Both the position numbers and the translations under genes were made by a program. Under the pieces are notes generated by a model that was not told where the DNA came from, ran no database searches, and saw nothing but the letters and a program-made list of their open reading frames with translations. Of a stretch of 64,000 bases of DNA, positions 40,440 through 53,719 are shown piece after piece. How positions within the stretch are numbered: the stretch's first letter is position 1; each line of letters opens with the position of its first letter. This DNA is from Octopus vulgaris (lineage: Eukaryota). The DNA lies in contig OX597842.1 of the NCBI GenBank assembly GCA_951406725.2, positions 4,154,001-4,218,000 on the forward strand, given 5' to 3'.

Positions 40440-41515
40440 GGCTGTGGCTTTGAACTGGTTGATCCTCCTCCTTATTCTCCTGATTTGGCCCCATCTCTTC
40501 TCCAGCGTAACAAAACACTTGGCTGGGAACCAGTATCGCAGTGATGATGACGTCATATCTACTCTTACTCTTTTACTTGTTTCAGTCATTTGACTGTGGC
40601 CATGCTGGAGCACCGCCTTTAGTTGAGCACATCAACCCCAGGACTTATTCTTTGTAAGCCTAGTACTTATTCTTTCGATCTCTTTTGCCGAACCGCTAAG
40701 TTACGAGGACGTAAACACACCAGCATCGGTTGTCAAGCGATGTTGGGGGGGGGGGGCAAACACGAACACACAAACATATACACACACACACACATACACA
40801 CATATATATATACCTCCATATATACGACGGGCTTCTTTCAGTTCCCGTCTACCAAATCCATTCACAAGGCTTTAGTCAGCCCGAGGCTATAGTAGAAGAC
40901 ACTTGCCCAAGGTGCCACGTAGTGGGACTGAACCCGGAACCATGTAGTTCGTAAACAAGCTACATACCACACAGACACTCCTACGCCTACTGTTGACTTT
41001 TTTGAGCAACAGGATGAAAGTCTCTTCACCAATGGGATCCAAGCATTGCAACACCAATGGACGGAGTGTGTCGACTGCAAGGGGGGACGATGTTGAAAAT
41101 AAACCTCATTTGGTCACGTTCTGCTGAAGCAGTTACAAAAGACTGTCAAAATCAAATGCCTAGAAAAACTGATGAAAGGGGTCTTGTTTCATGAAGACAA
41201 TGCCCCAGCACACAAGTCCCTGGTTTCACTGGCTGCTGAACATGACTGTGGTTGATTATCCTCCCTCTTCTCGTGGTTTGGCCCCATAGGACTACCATCT
41301 GTTCCCCAACATGAAAACACACTTGGCTGGTAACCAGTATCGCAGTGATGATGACGTCATATCTGACGTTGAAGACGTTTGTTGAGCGAGAGAATGAGAG
41401 CTTTTCCCCCAATGGGATTTAAGCATTGCAGCACTAATGTGTTGAAAAATAAGCCTCTTTTGGTCACATTCCATGAGAGTATCTTGGTCAGCCTGTCAAC
41501 TTTTCAGCTGCTCTT
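40440..41515 (+). mobile_element. Two decayed mariner (Hsmar2/irritans-like) 3' ends, the first split by a SINE
   Basis: First copy: GFELVDPPPYSPDLAPS ... HLAGNQYRSDDDVIS [SINE] ... NGIQALQHQWTECVDCKG. Second copy: KGVLFHEDNAPAHKS ... DYHLFPNMKTHLAGNQYRSDDDVIS, then a TIR remnant. Confidence 0.85.
40561..40988 (-). mobile_element. Full-length family A SINE inserted in mariner coding sequence
   Basis: The mariner frame resumes after it; a short CTACT duplication occurs at both junctions. Confidence 0.88.
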
Positions 41516-41578
41516 CATCTTGTGTGATTTGAGGACGATTTGGCTGGTGTTTCTAGCAATTCCAGTAAAAACGTAGAC

Positions 41579-41998
41579 CAGAGCTAGCCAACCTGAGACC
41601 CGCGGGCCGCATCCGGCCTGCATACTTTTATCTTACAGCCCGCTTGATACATTCTTGAAATGGGTTTATTTAAACAAACATTTTTAAAATTTTATCAGAA
41701 ATTAAAGATTGTAATGAAAAGTAAAAATGCAAGATGCTACCGTTTTCTCACGTTGAACCAACGATCTCTCTTTTACTTGTTTTAGTCATTTGACTGCGAC
41801 TATGCTGGAGCACCGCCTTTTAGTCGAGCAAACCGACCCAGGACTTATTCTTTGTTAGCCTAATACTTATTCTATCGGTCTCTTTTGCCGACCCGCTAAG
41901 TTACAGGGATGTAAACACACCAGCATCGGTTGTCAAGCGATGTTGGGGGTACAAACACGAACACACAAACATACACACGCACACACACACACACACAC

Positions 41999-42030
<32 letters not shown>

Positions 42031-42271
42031 CGACGGGCTTCTTTCAGTTTCTGTCTACCAAATCCACTCACAAGGCTTTGGTCGGCCCGAGGCTATAGTA
42101 GAAGACACTTGCCCAAGGTGCCACGCAGTGGGACTGAACCGGAACCATGTGGTTGGTAAGCAAGCTACTTACCACACAGCCAAAACAGCAAAATGCTTTC
42201 AATTCTGTCAGTATACAAGCGGCCCTCAAAAAACTTTAGGTCCGCAATGTAATTCGAGTTGACCAGGCCTG
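41579..42271. mobile_element. hAT (Charlie-like) MITE containing a family A SINE (41767-42182, minus strand)
   Basis: Termini CAGAGCTAGCCAAC / GTTGACCAGGCCTG, subterminal GCGGGCCGC, and an 8-bp TSD ACGTAGAC (41571-41578) / GCGTAGAC (42272-42279). Confidence 0.8.
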
Positions 42272-42828
42272 GCGTAGACTCTCCGTCCAGCACTGGGCTA
42301 ATGACCACGTACGTTTAATTATAGGCTGTTGTTGTTGTCGCGTCTCCAGTCCTTAAATTTTTGTACCCTATTTAAAACAGGATTGAACAGAGTTAAGACA
42401 GATTTTCACTTCAGTCAAACGCTCAATTTTTTTAAGATCCTCGGTTTGATAACAATGGTGACAAAAGATTTGATGGTGGACAATGATTGTGGATGGTATA
42501 AAAATAAATACAGGAGCGCTCAAACCAGAGGACTGCACCAGGCTCTGTTGTCTTCTGTGCCATGTTTTTTTATCGCTGGTTGTCCTCCCTAACACCAACC
42601 ACTTTACAGGACTGGAAACAAACACAACAGCGCCAATCCTCACCAACTTTCCTAAGTTCTACTTACAGGGAGAGAGGTTCTGTGCTCTGGTGGTCTTGTG
42701 TCTGTTAGAATCGGAAAGGGCAGGCAGTTCTCCTCCACCTGATTGTGGAAGAGACTAAAATGATGAAATAGTTTCTCTGACCACTGAGATAAACCAAGAT
42801 AGTCACATTCCATGAGACTATCTTGGTC

Positions 42829-43095
42829 ATGTGACTTTCCTCTGTCACATCCCGACCCCTCGATAATGATTGATTAAATGTGACACGATTGATGAAGGAA
42901 TTGGCTGATGAAAATCTTGCGTTTTCTGGCTGTTAATTCATTTTCATGCCGGTCGTTGGGGGCTGCACCTCTCATCGGACCTGGTAATGGAATAGCTTAT
43001 GTGATTTCTGTCTGTCACATCCTGACCCCTCGTTAATGACTGGTTAAATTCAGGATTAACTAAAAACTTGGCTGATAAAGAACTTTCGTTTTCCT
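42829..43095 (+). repeat. Diverged direct duplication (~100-bp block, ~170-bp period)
   Basis: ATGTGA ... CTGTCACATCCYGACCCCTCG ... TTGGCTGAT ... CGTTTTC at about 42829 and 42999. Confidence 0.75.
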
Positions 43096-43701
43096 CTTTG
43101 GTCAAATCCTCACCGATTTTACAATTTCCATTTGGAAAGAAATGCGAGCATTGGGCTGGGGTGGACTTTTTTTAAAGGTGAGTAAAGGTAGCAGAAACAG
43201 CTGTAATGGACGGCATTGCTCTGAGTATATACAATGTATTTCAGAAAATGACAGTTGGAGACGGAGGTTACCTTTGGGGGTCAGGATCCTTGATTGGCCC
43301 TAGATGTTGTCCGTTTCTGTCAGGAAACCATTATCAGCACTACCATCATCTTCATCACCTCTTCATCAATATTGGTTCCGTATTTTGGGTGAGAGGGTAA
43401 ATTGATTACATGGACCAAAGTGTTCAACTGCTTTTTTATTTTATCGACCCCATAAAAGTCAAAGTCAACCTCGGTGGTATTTGAACTCGGAACATTAAGT
43501 CAGAAGAACCGTTGCTAAGCACTTTGTCCGGCGCCATAACGATTCCGCTAGCTTACCTCCTTCACCTGTTCAACACTATTAAATCCTTAGTGACGTAACC
43601 GTTCTTTCGTTGTTGTTATTGTTGTTGTTTTTCATTTCTGTTATCTTTCTTGCAGTATTTGTAATCTTCGGAATGTCATTCATGCTGTTATGGCGTTCAC
43701 G

Positions 43702-43735
<34 letters not shown>

Positions 43736-44040
43736 CACCTGTTAAACAATGTTTAATTTTCTGTTAGGTGAAGTAGGTTTTTTTTCTATTTTTTTTTCTA
43801 TGTTTGTGTGTGTGTGGCCTTTGTAGTTGCTTTGTAACTGTAATAGTCGTTGTTGTTGTTGTTGTTATTGATGTAAATCTTAGGAATGTCAATGCAGGGT
43901 GTTATATTTGGTATTGTTGTTGATGTGTGTGGGGTGGGTGTTTATATGGATCTGTTTAAATATACAAATGATTATATGGAACTTCGTGTATATATATATA
44001 TAAATGTGTGTGTGTGTGTGTATTTGCAATAAATGTGTGC

Positions 44041-44084
<44 letters not shown>

Positions 44085-45585
44085 GTATATGTGTATATAT
44101 ATATATATGTGTGTGTGTATATGTGTGTGTGTATATGTGTGTGTGTGTATATGTATGTGTGTGTATATGTATGTGTGTGTATATGTGTATATGTATATGT
44201 ATGTATATATGTATATGTGTGTGTGTGTGTATGTATATATGTATATGCGTTGTGTGTGTATATATATACATATGTATATGCGTTGTGTATATATATATAT
44301 ATATGTATGTATGTGTGTGTTGTTGCGTGTGTGTAAATATATATATATATATAGATATCTGAATGTCTGTGTATGTATAGTTATATATATGCATTAATGT
44401 TTGCGTGTATATACATATACACACACATACACGTACATGGATATATTTATATACGTGTGTACATCTGCGTGTTATACGCATATGTATCCAGGCACGCATA
44501 ATTGTTATTTCATTTGCATTTTTAAAAATTAAAAAAAAAACATTTAATTTTCAGTTAGTTGACATTATTTTTCATCATCATCACCATAATCATTATTATC
44601 ATTATTATTATTATTATTATTATTGTTATTATTATTATTATTATTATTTGTAATCAATCTTAGAAATGTCAATATGTTTCTGCTATTGTTGTTGTTGCTG
44701 TTTCATGTATGTGTTGTTGTTGTAATGGCCGTCGTCGCCACATCTGCTGTGAAACAATGTACAATTTACAGTTAGATTGCGGCCCTGTTGTTGTTTGTGT
44801 TGTTGTTGTTCTTGTTGGTGTATTTGTCATCTTTCGGAATGTGTTATGTTATTTGGCGTTGAAGATGTTGTATACACTGTTGATTAAAACCACCACCATC
44901 ACCACCACTACTACTACCACTACCATCATCATCAGCAGCAGCAGCAACCGGCACCGCAATCTTCATCGTCAGCATCATCATCACTACCACCACCACCACC
45001 GTCATCACATCACCATTATCCCCATCGTCACCACCACCACCACCACTATCATCTTCACCATCACCACTGTCCTCACCGGGACATCACCACTATTCTTCCA
45101 CATCACCATCATCATCACCACCAAGAACCCCACCATCACTCTCATCACCACCACTGCCACAACCACCAGCATCATCATTTATTGTTGTTACTGCTATCAA
45201 TGATGTTTTTTAATGTTTTTTGGGGGTGGTTTTCGTTATTATCGTTGTTGTTGTTATTGTTGTTGATATCTTTTCTGCACCTTTTCAAATATTTGTCATT
45301 TTTGCACACCTCTTGTGCTGTTGTCAGGATTGCCACAACATATTTTGCGCACACAACTTATGCACGCGTATATATATATATATATATATATATCTGCATG
45401 TTTATAACCGAGCCCACGCGTGTAGGAATGTATAGATACACATACATACATACATACATGCATACATACATGTATATATATACTCATTTCTGTTTTATTC
45501 AGTTGCGTGTTTTACGCACCTTTGTTGCATTCAACACCCCTTGTTGCATTGTTTTCTGCGCCTCTGGTATAATTGTACGTGTGGC

Positions 45586-45626
<41 letters not shown>

Positions 45627-46464
45627 CATACACATATATATAGCCTGCAGTATATGCGTGCTTTTTAAGTATTTACAAGACTCTTCGCGTGTATATGCAT
45701 CCCAGTGCGTCTTTCATATATATATATATATATATTAGCCATACATGCATATACACGCAGTGGCAGCGACGGTGGGGCTATCGCTAATTGTGACTCACTC
45801 TTGTTATACATTCCTATCGCGTATTATTGTTTGAGTGTGTGTGTATATATGTATATATACTGTTTGTTTGTGTATAAAGAGTGAGTATGCGCGTACACGT
45901 GCTCATATATATCTGTATGCATACGTACATATGTACGTGCACATACAGTTTCATGCATATATATACGAATACAGTTTTCTAAGTTATGTGTGTCTGTGTG
46001 TGTTTGAAAAAAGGTGTCTGCTTTTATGTTTGTGTGTGTATTAATGTAGCATCATGTCGGAACTCTTTCATTTTTACACCACGTCACGCATCAAATATGC
46101 TTATTTGACGATGAGTGTGTGTATATATATATATAGAGAGAGGTGGGTGTGGTGTTAAGAAGCTCACTTTGCAACCACGGGCTCTCGGGTTCAGTCCCAA
46201 TGAACGGAAACTTGGGCAAGTCTTTACTGTAATCCTAGGTCTTTAGTGTAATCCTAGGTCGACCAATGCCTTGTGAGTAAATTTGGTAAACGGAAACTTT
46301 ATGGAACCCGTTGTATGTATGTAAGCAACTGTAGGTGGCAGCACTAACTGACCCCAGTCGAATTTCCCCGCGCGCGCGTGTGTGTATACATGGGTCAGAA
46401 CAATTTGGTTTAAATTCGTTGGTACTCCGAGTTTCAAGTGTGACGCTAATCCTCAGCCATTTTG

Positions 46465-47440
46465 AATTTGGATGAAGGAGTTCGGCCTCTCCATAACGGT
46501 TTCTATCAACCTGACAAAAAATACGGTCGTATTCTTGGACGTAACCTTAGACCTGAACACGGGCAAGTATTACCCGTTCAGGAAGTCTAACGAGGAAACA
46601 GTATACATCTACAAGAACTCAAACCATCCCACCCTTGTAATACCTGAAAACTGGTTTCAGGCATTAGCAAACGACTATCCAATCTCTTGACCAATAGAGA
46701 TATCTTCAACAACCCCCACCCACCACTACAATGATGCTTTGGCTAGGAGCGGGTTTACTGAGAAACTCCCGTATATGGACAACCCCCAAGCACCCTCTCC
46801 TCACCCCAAAAGGATTAGGAAATGGGAAATTACATAACACCCCTTTCAACCTAGAAGTTTCCACCAACGTAGCTAGGGGCTTCCTGTCATTAATTAAGAA
46901 ACAGTTCCCCAGAGGCCACAAGTATTACAAACTCTTCAATCCGCATGTGAGCTACTCCTGCTTAGACAACATTGCATCTAACATCGCACGCATCAACAGA
47001 CGTAAAAATGCGCCCGCACCATCCCCAACCCCAACCTGCAACTTCCCAAACCCTACCATGTGCCCTCTAGAAGGATCCTGCCTCTCAAGGGCCGTGGTAT
47101 ACAGATCCACCCTTACACCATCTGATTGCATTACTAGGCACTAAACAGGTATGACAGCTAATGACTTCAAGGGAAGATACTCCCAGCATAAGCACTCGTT
47201 CAGATCCAGCGACAGAGAGAACCCTACTTCCCTGTCTCATTTTCTCTGGAGACTCCGTGACCTTTGAGACGAAACACCCAGCATCAAATGGACTATTGTC
47301 GACAGAGCCGCCACCATATTCACCCGGCGCCCTTAGCTGCTAGCTCTATCTCTGCGAAAAACTGTATATCCTATAGCAACCCGCAGTATCCATCAACATG
47401 AAATACGATTTATCTTATTTCTGTCACCAGAGTTATGCCC
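46465..47440 (+). mobile_element. Penelope-like element (Neptune-type): RT C-terminus, linker and GIY-YIG domain, frameshifted
   Basis: FLDVTLDLNTGKYYPFRK ... SNHP; PFNLEVSTNV ... FPRGHKYYKLFN ... SYSC; CNFPNPTMCPLEGSCL ... VVY; GMTANDFKGRYSQHKHSF ... TSLSHFLW. Confidence 0.92.
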
Positions 47441-49151
47441 TTCTGGCAAATTCCAAGCGTCTGGCTGCCGATAACCCGGATATATCACCTTAGTACCAGC
47501 TGCTGCACCAAGGTCACCGTCACCAACCAACCCCATGAGCAATCCTCAACGCTTGTATACTCATGCATGCACGCGCATGCGTGTGCACCGACACTAATAT
47601 CCATGCGTGCATGCATGGATATATACATATATGTATATAAATGAATACGGGTGTGCGTGCATGTGTATACATGTATGTGTATACGCCTGTAACTGTGTGC
47701 GTGCGGGCATGTTCCTTCATATGTGTGGGGACCTGTTTATTACTTGCAAGGTTCTGCAAGCTATGAAACATATGTAGCCTGGATTTTACCTGCTCCATTC
47801 CCTAAATTTGGATTTTTATTCGCATACATAGCAACCCCAGTTACCAACCGTGACTTTTTTCAGCTCATCGAACATCGATATGAGACAAGCCTGCAACCTT
47901 CGACGCCAATAAAGTACTATTGTCCCTGAAAATTGTTGTTTATACCTGGATCTTACATTTACATATTATATGAGACACAGAGAGAGACACACACACACGT
48001 TTGCGTATGTGTGTGTCTTTTTGTCCCCACCACCATTTTTTGACGATCGGTGTTAGTTTATTTACGTCACCATTAATTAGCGGTTCGCCAAAAGAGTCAG
48101 CGTCCGATAGATTAAGTACCAGACTTACGTATAAATACTAGTTTCGATATATTCACCTAAACTCTTGAAGGCGGTGCCCCAGCATGGCCGCAGTGAAATG
48201 ACTTAACCAGTAAAGGATAAAATATTTGGATATGTGTTGTTCAATTCCTGAATCAGTTGGCCTTTTGTATCCTTGGACAAAGAAGGCCCTTCCTTTTTCA
48301 CTTTGTTGCTCCAGTCTTCTCTACTGTAAATGGATACCATTCGGGTACATGATGCAGCCACTTCTCTCCTTTTCTTGCTGTTGTATTGTCCATATTCTGC
48401 TGGGACCCATGTGTAGAGGGGCGGAGAAGGCGTTTATCTCTGATCACGATTTCAAAGACATCCTGAAAACAATTAACGAAAGCATGAAAAAAATTCATTA
48501 ATCGACAACATGGAGTTAATAGGTTACTAATTGCATAGCAAACTCCAAAACACGAGAACTGAAGAATTCTGTTGGACAAGAAATTGGAGGAGTAGAACCA
48601 GAAATATTAAAGTAACACTTATTTGGAAAGCATATTCATCCCCCAAAATACACCTTTTTTATGGTCACCTTTTTATAGTTCCTTAAAGTTCATCATTCCC
48701 TATGGCGTATGGGCCATCGACAACTGTTTTCCACTGTTCTCAACCCAGAGCTGTCTTTTGAATCATCATCGATGCTTCTGTAAATTTACTCTTTTCATCA
48801 GCTTTACCTCCAGTCCGAAAACATAGTCAAAACAGCCTTAATGTCCAGTCAACTGTGTCGAATCATCAACGTCCAAACAACCGCATCAAACCGCCTCATC
48901 CCCTCTCATCAGACGCTCAAATAATTGCTCCACCTCACCCCCCGCCCATCTTTCGTCTGATACTTTACTTTTCATCCTTTCCGGGAACTGGCAGGATTTG
49001 AACTCAGAGCGTAGAGATCAAGTACCAGACCAAAAGACCGTTTCTCTTTTGATAGTCTTTTATTTATTGACCCCTGGAAGAATCTTATCTTTTGTTTGTT
49101 TCAACCCCTGGACTGTGGCCCTGCTGGGGGGGGGGCTTAGTTAAATATATC

Positions 49152-49384
49152 TATTTCTTTACTACCCACAAGGGGCTAAACACAGAGAGGACAAACAAGG
49201 ACAGACAAACGGTTTAAGTCGATTATATCGACCCCAGTGTGTAACTGGTACTTACTTTATCGACCCCGAAAGGATGAAAGGCAAAGTCGACCTCCGCGGA
49301 ATTTGAACTCAGAACGTAGCGGCAGACGAAATGCCGTTAAGCATTTCGCCCGGCGTGCTAACGTTTCTGCCAGCTCGCCGCCTT
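49152..49384 (-). mobile_element. Family B SINE inserted in a family A SINE, with a 17-bp TSD
   Basis: GCTTAGTTAAATATATC at 49135-49151 and 49389-49405. Confidence 0.88.
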
Positions 49385-50150
49385 AAGAGCTTAGTTAAAT
49401 ATATCGATCCCGTCGAACCGCTGAATTACGAGAACGTAAACAAACCAACGCTGGTTATCAAGCGATAGAAGTGACAAACGTAAAAACAGACACGCATATG
49501 AAGGGCTTCCTCACAGTTTCCCTTTCTCAAATTTACCTACAAAGTATTGATTGGTTCAAGGCTATAGTAGAAGACGATATCCAAAGTTCCTCGCAGTTAA
49601 TCTGAACCTGGGAACACGTGGTTGGGGAGCAAGCTTCTTACCGCAAAGCTATGCCTGACGTCTGTGGGATTTGAACTCAGAGAGAAAATACCACTAGGCA
49701 TTGTCTATGATGTTCTTAATAAATTCTTCCAATTTCATCGCTGTGAAGTGGTCCCCACGATTGCATGAAAGGCAAAAATGAAACCTGGGCGTGATTCGAG
49801 CTCGTGAGTTCGAGCGAATATCGGTGAGAAAAATACGTGCAAGAGGGTGGGGTGGGGTTTGGTGGTGGTGGTGGGGGTCTTTCTATTTGATGCTCTCGAG
49901 ACTCAATATACGGAGGGGGGGAGGATTTGATGGGGGCTGAGGGCAAGAACGTTGATGGAAGGGGGCGATGGTGAGGGTGGTGACGGCGGGAGCGAGGTGG
50001 TGGTGGCGGCGGCGGCGGAGCTGTTTCGATATATTCCAGGAATATACGGCCTTCGCTTTATCACGCAAGAAATCAATATTCCCCAAAGCAGGTCTTTGAT
50101 TCCCAGCTGACATTCTTCGACGACTCAGCATACACACACACACACACACC

Positions 50151-50228
<78 letters not shown>

Positions 50229-50387
50229 AGACAGAGATAGGCACTCACAAAGATGCGCACACAAGCAGATTAAACAGATAACAATACACAAGTTCTCATA
50301 CATACAGACACATATACAGAGATACGCACACCTCCAGACTCACCCCCACCCACCACACACGTGCATGTACATACAGATAGATAATTG

Positions 50388-50421
<34 letters not shown>

Positions 50422-50598
50422 GATAAAGGAATAGATAGCTATACACATGCACACTTACGCATCAATAGATACACACACACATACGAGACACACACACACC
50501 TTCATACACACATACAGATACATTGAGATAAACAGATAGATAACTACACACGCACACATGCGCATTTGTAAGACACACATACATCGATGCACAATCGT

Positions 50599-50629
<31 letters not shown>

Positions 50630-51645
50630 TGCAGAGAGAGATACACAGATAAATAACTACACATACACAGAGGGGACAAACAAGGACAGACATAGGTATT
50701 AAGTCGATTACATCGACCCCAGTGCGTAACTGGTACTTAATTTATCGACCCCGAAAGGATGAAAGGTAAAGTCGACCTCGGCGGAATTTGAACTCAGAAC
50801 GTAACGCAGACGAAATACCGCTAAGCATTTCGCCCGACGTGCTAACGTAATAGCCAGCTCGTCGCCTTAGTTAAATATATCGATCCCGTCGAACCGCTGA
50901 ATTACGAGAACGTAAACAAACCAACGCTGGTTATCAAGCGATAGAAGTGACAAACGTAAAAACACACGCATATGAAGGGCTTCCTCACAGTTTCTGTTTC
51001 TCAAATTCACCTACAAAGTATTGATTGGTTCAAGGCTATAGTAGAAGACGCTACTCAAAGTTCCTCGCAGTTAATCTGAACCTGGAAACACGTGATTGGG
51101 ATGCGAGCTTCTTACCGCAAAGCTATGCCTGACGTCTGTGGGATTTGAACTCAGAGAGAAAATACCACAAGGCATTGTCTATGATGCTCTTAATAAATTC
51201 TTCCAATTTCATCACTGTGAAGTGGGCCCCACGATTGCATGAAAGGCAAAAATGAAACCTGGGCGTGATTCGAGCTCGTGATTTTGCGCGAATATCGGTG
51301 AGAAAAGAGGGTGGGTGGGGTTTGGAGGTGGTAGTGGGGGTCTTTCTATTTGATGCTCTCGAGACTCAGTATACGGGGGGGAGGAGAAGGATTTGATGGG
51401 GGCTGAGGGCAAGAACGTTGATGGAAGAGGGCGATGGTGAGGGTGGTGACGGCGGGAGCGACGATGGTGGTGGTGGCGGGGGCGCGAGGATCGTGGCGGC
51501 GGCGGCGGCGGAGCTGTTTCGATATATTCCAGGAATATACGGCCTTCGCTTTATCACGCAAGAAATCAATATTCCCCAAAGCAGGTCTTTGATTCCCAGC
51601 TGACATTCTTCGACGACTCAGCATACACACACACACACACACACC

Positions 51646-51688
<43 letters not shown>

Positions 51689-52172
51689 GATATAGTTACA
51701 TAGAGAGAGAGAGAGAGAGAGAGAGTAAGATAGAGATAGGCACTCACAAAGATGCGCGCACACAAGCAGATTAAACAGATAACAATACACAAGTTCTCAT
51801 ACATACAGACACATATACAGAGATACGCACACCTCCAGACTCACCCCCACCGCACACACACGTGCAAGTACATACAGATAGATAATTGCGCGCACACACA
51901 CACACAGATAAAGGAATAGATAGCTATACACATGCATACTTACGCATCCATAGATACACACACACACATACTGAGACATGCACAATTCCAGACTCACACA
52001 CACACCTTCATACACACATACAGATACATAGAGATAAACAGATAGATAACTACACACGCACACATGCGCATTTGTAAGACACACATACATCGATGCACAA
52101 TCGTACATTCACACACACACACACACACACACACATGCAGAGAGAGATACACATATAAATAACTACACATAC
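49179..52172 (+). repeat. ~1.5-kb tandem segmental duplication (49179-50668 / 50664-52172)
   Basis: SINE, unique GC-rich segment and (CA)-rich segment are colinear in both copies, with substitutions and microsatellite-length differences. Confidence 0.92.
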
Positions 52173-52894
52173 AAGAACATGCACACACACACACTCCTAC
52201 TCAGATTTATACATACCTACACACACACACACACACAGTTACATAGTGATAAACACACACTGCGTAATACATACACATGCAGATGTAAATACGCGGATAC
52301 ACATTTACACACCTTCATTTACACAGATGTGCATATTTACATATACACACTCACACACAGACACACACACACACACACACACACATACACATTTACATAT
52401 ATCCATTGATACATATTCACACACACACATACACACAGAGAAGCATAGACACACACACACAAGCACTTATTCATAGTACACACATTCACGCATACACACA
52501 CACCCTCACACACACACACATTCACGCACACACACTCACACTCACACACACACACATTCACATACACACACCCTCACACATTCACGCACACACACACTCA
52601 CGCGCGCGCGATTACATACGCATGTTAATAGGGTCACATCCATCCCCACACAAAGATATAATCTAACGAAGGATGCACTTTTCTATAATGGCTCCTTTCT
52701 CCTTCCCTTGCAGATTGAACCTGCTGACTCTGCAGTCGCTGCTATGTGGAATTGTATTGGCTGCTACTGCTGCTAATGCACACATGCAACTGCATGCCAT
52801 GGTGGTGGTGGTGGTGGTGGTGGTTTGATTGTCGACGGAGTGTAGGGGGTTGGTAGCTACCATGTACAAATCTCCCTCGTTGGCCCATCACACA

Positions 52895-53600
52895 ATAGGA
52901 TGTGATTTGAGGGAGATTTGGCTGCTATTTGTACCCTATCTATCTACCATGTAAAGGTCTCCCTCATTGGCTCCTACATGCATATATATATATATATATA
53001 TATTTATACATATATAGATAAATAGATAGATAGATAAGACAGAAGGGTGTGATTTGAGAGAAATTTGGCTGCCATTTCTAACACGTTTATCTACCATGTA
53101 GAGGTCTCCCTTATTGGATCATACATATATAGATACAAAATACAGTAGGGTGTGATTTGAGGGAGATCCAGTTGCTATTTCTAACAGGTCTAGCTACCAT
53201 GTAGAGGCCTCCTTCATTGACTCATACACACATACGAGAGTAGGGTGTAATTTGAGGGAGATTTGGCTGCTATTTCTACCAGATCTAGCTACCATGTCGA
53301 GGTCTCCCTCATTGACTCATACATACATATATACATACATAAGAGAGTTGGATCTGATTTGAGGGAGATTTGGCTGCTATTTCTACGAGGTCTATCTACC
53401 ATATAGAGGTCTTCCTCATTGACTCATACATATACATACATAAGATGGGAGGGTGTGATTTGAGGGAAATCCAGCTGCTATTTCTACCAGATCTAGCTAC
53501 CATATGGAGGTCCCTCTCATTGGCTCATACATACATATATACATACATAAAACAGTAGGGTGTGAGATGAGGGGAATTTGGCTGCTATTTCTAACAGCTG
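52895..53600 (+). repeat. Minisatellite array of seven ~95-145-bp units
   Basis: GTGTGATTTGAGGGAGATTTGGCTGCTATTTCTA ... TCTAGCTACCATGTAGAGGTCTCCCTCATTG at about 52901, 53047, 53150, 53244, 53353, 53454 and 53560. Confidence 0.9.
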
Positions 53601-53719
53601 GCTGTCTCTCTGTGTCGTCTCTTCTCTAATAAATCTGATTACATTGTTATGTCATGACAGACGGTGGAGGGTGTGGGTGCGGGTGGAGGTGAATCGGAGG
53701 AGCGTCCTATCTTCTGGAG

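Noticed and set aside
48240-48900. Possible LINE/SINE remnant or exon on the minus strand
   Set aside because: Only a faint RTE-like ending (WKTVVDGPYAIGNDEL*) with many stops; too weak to call.
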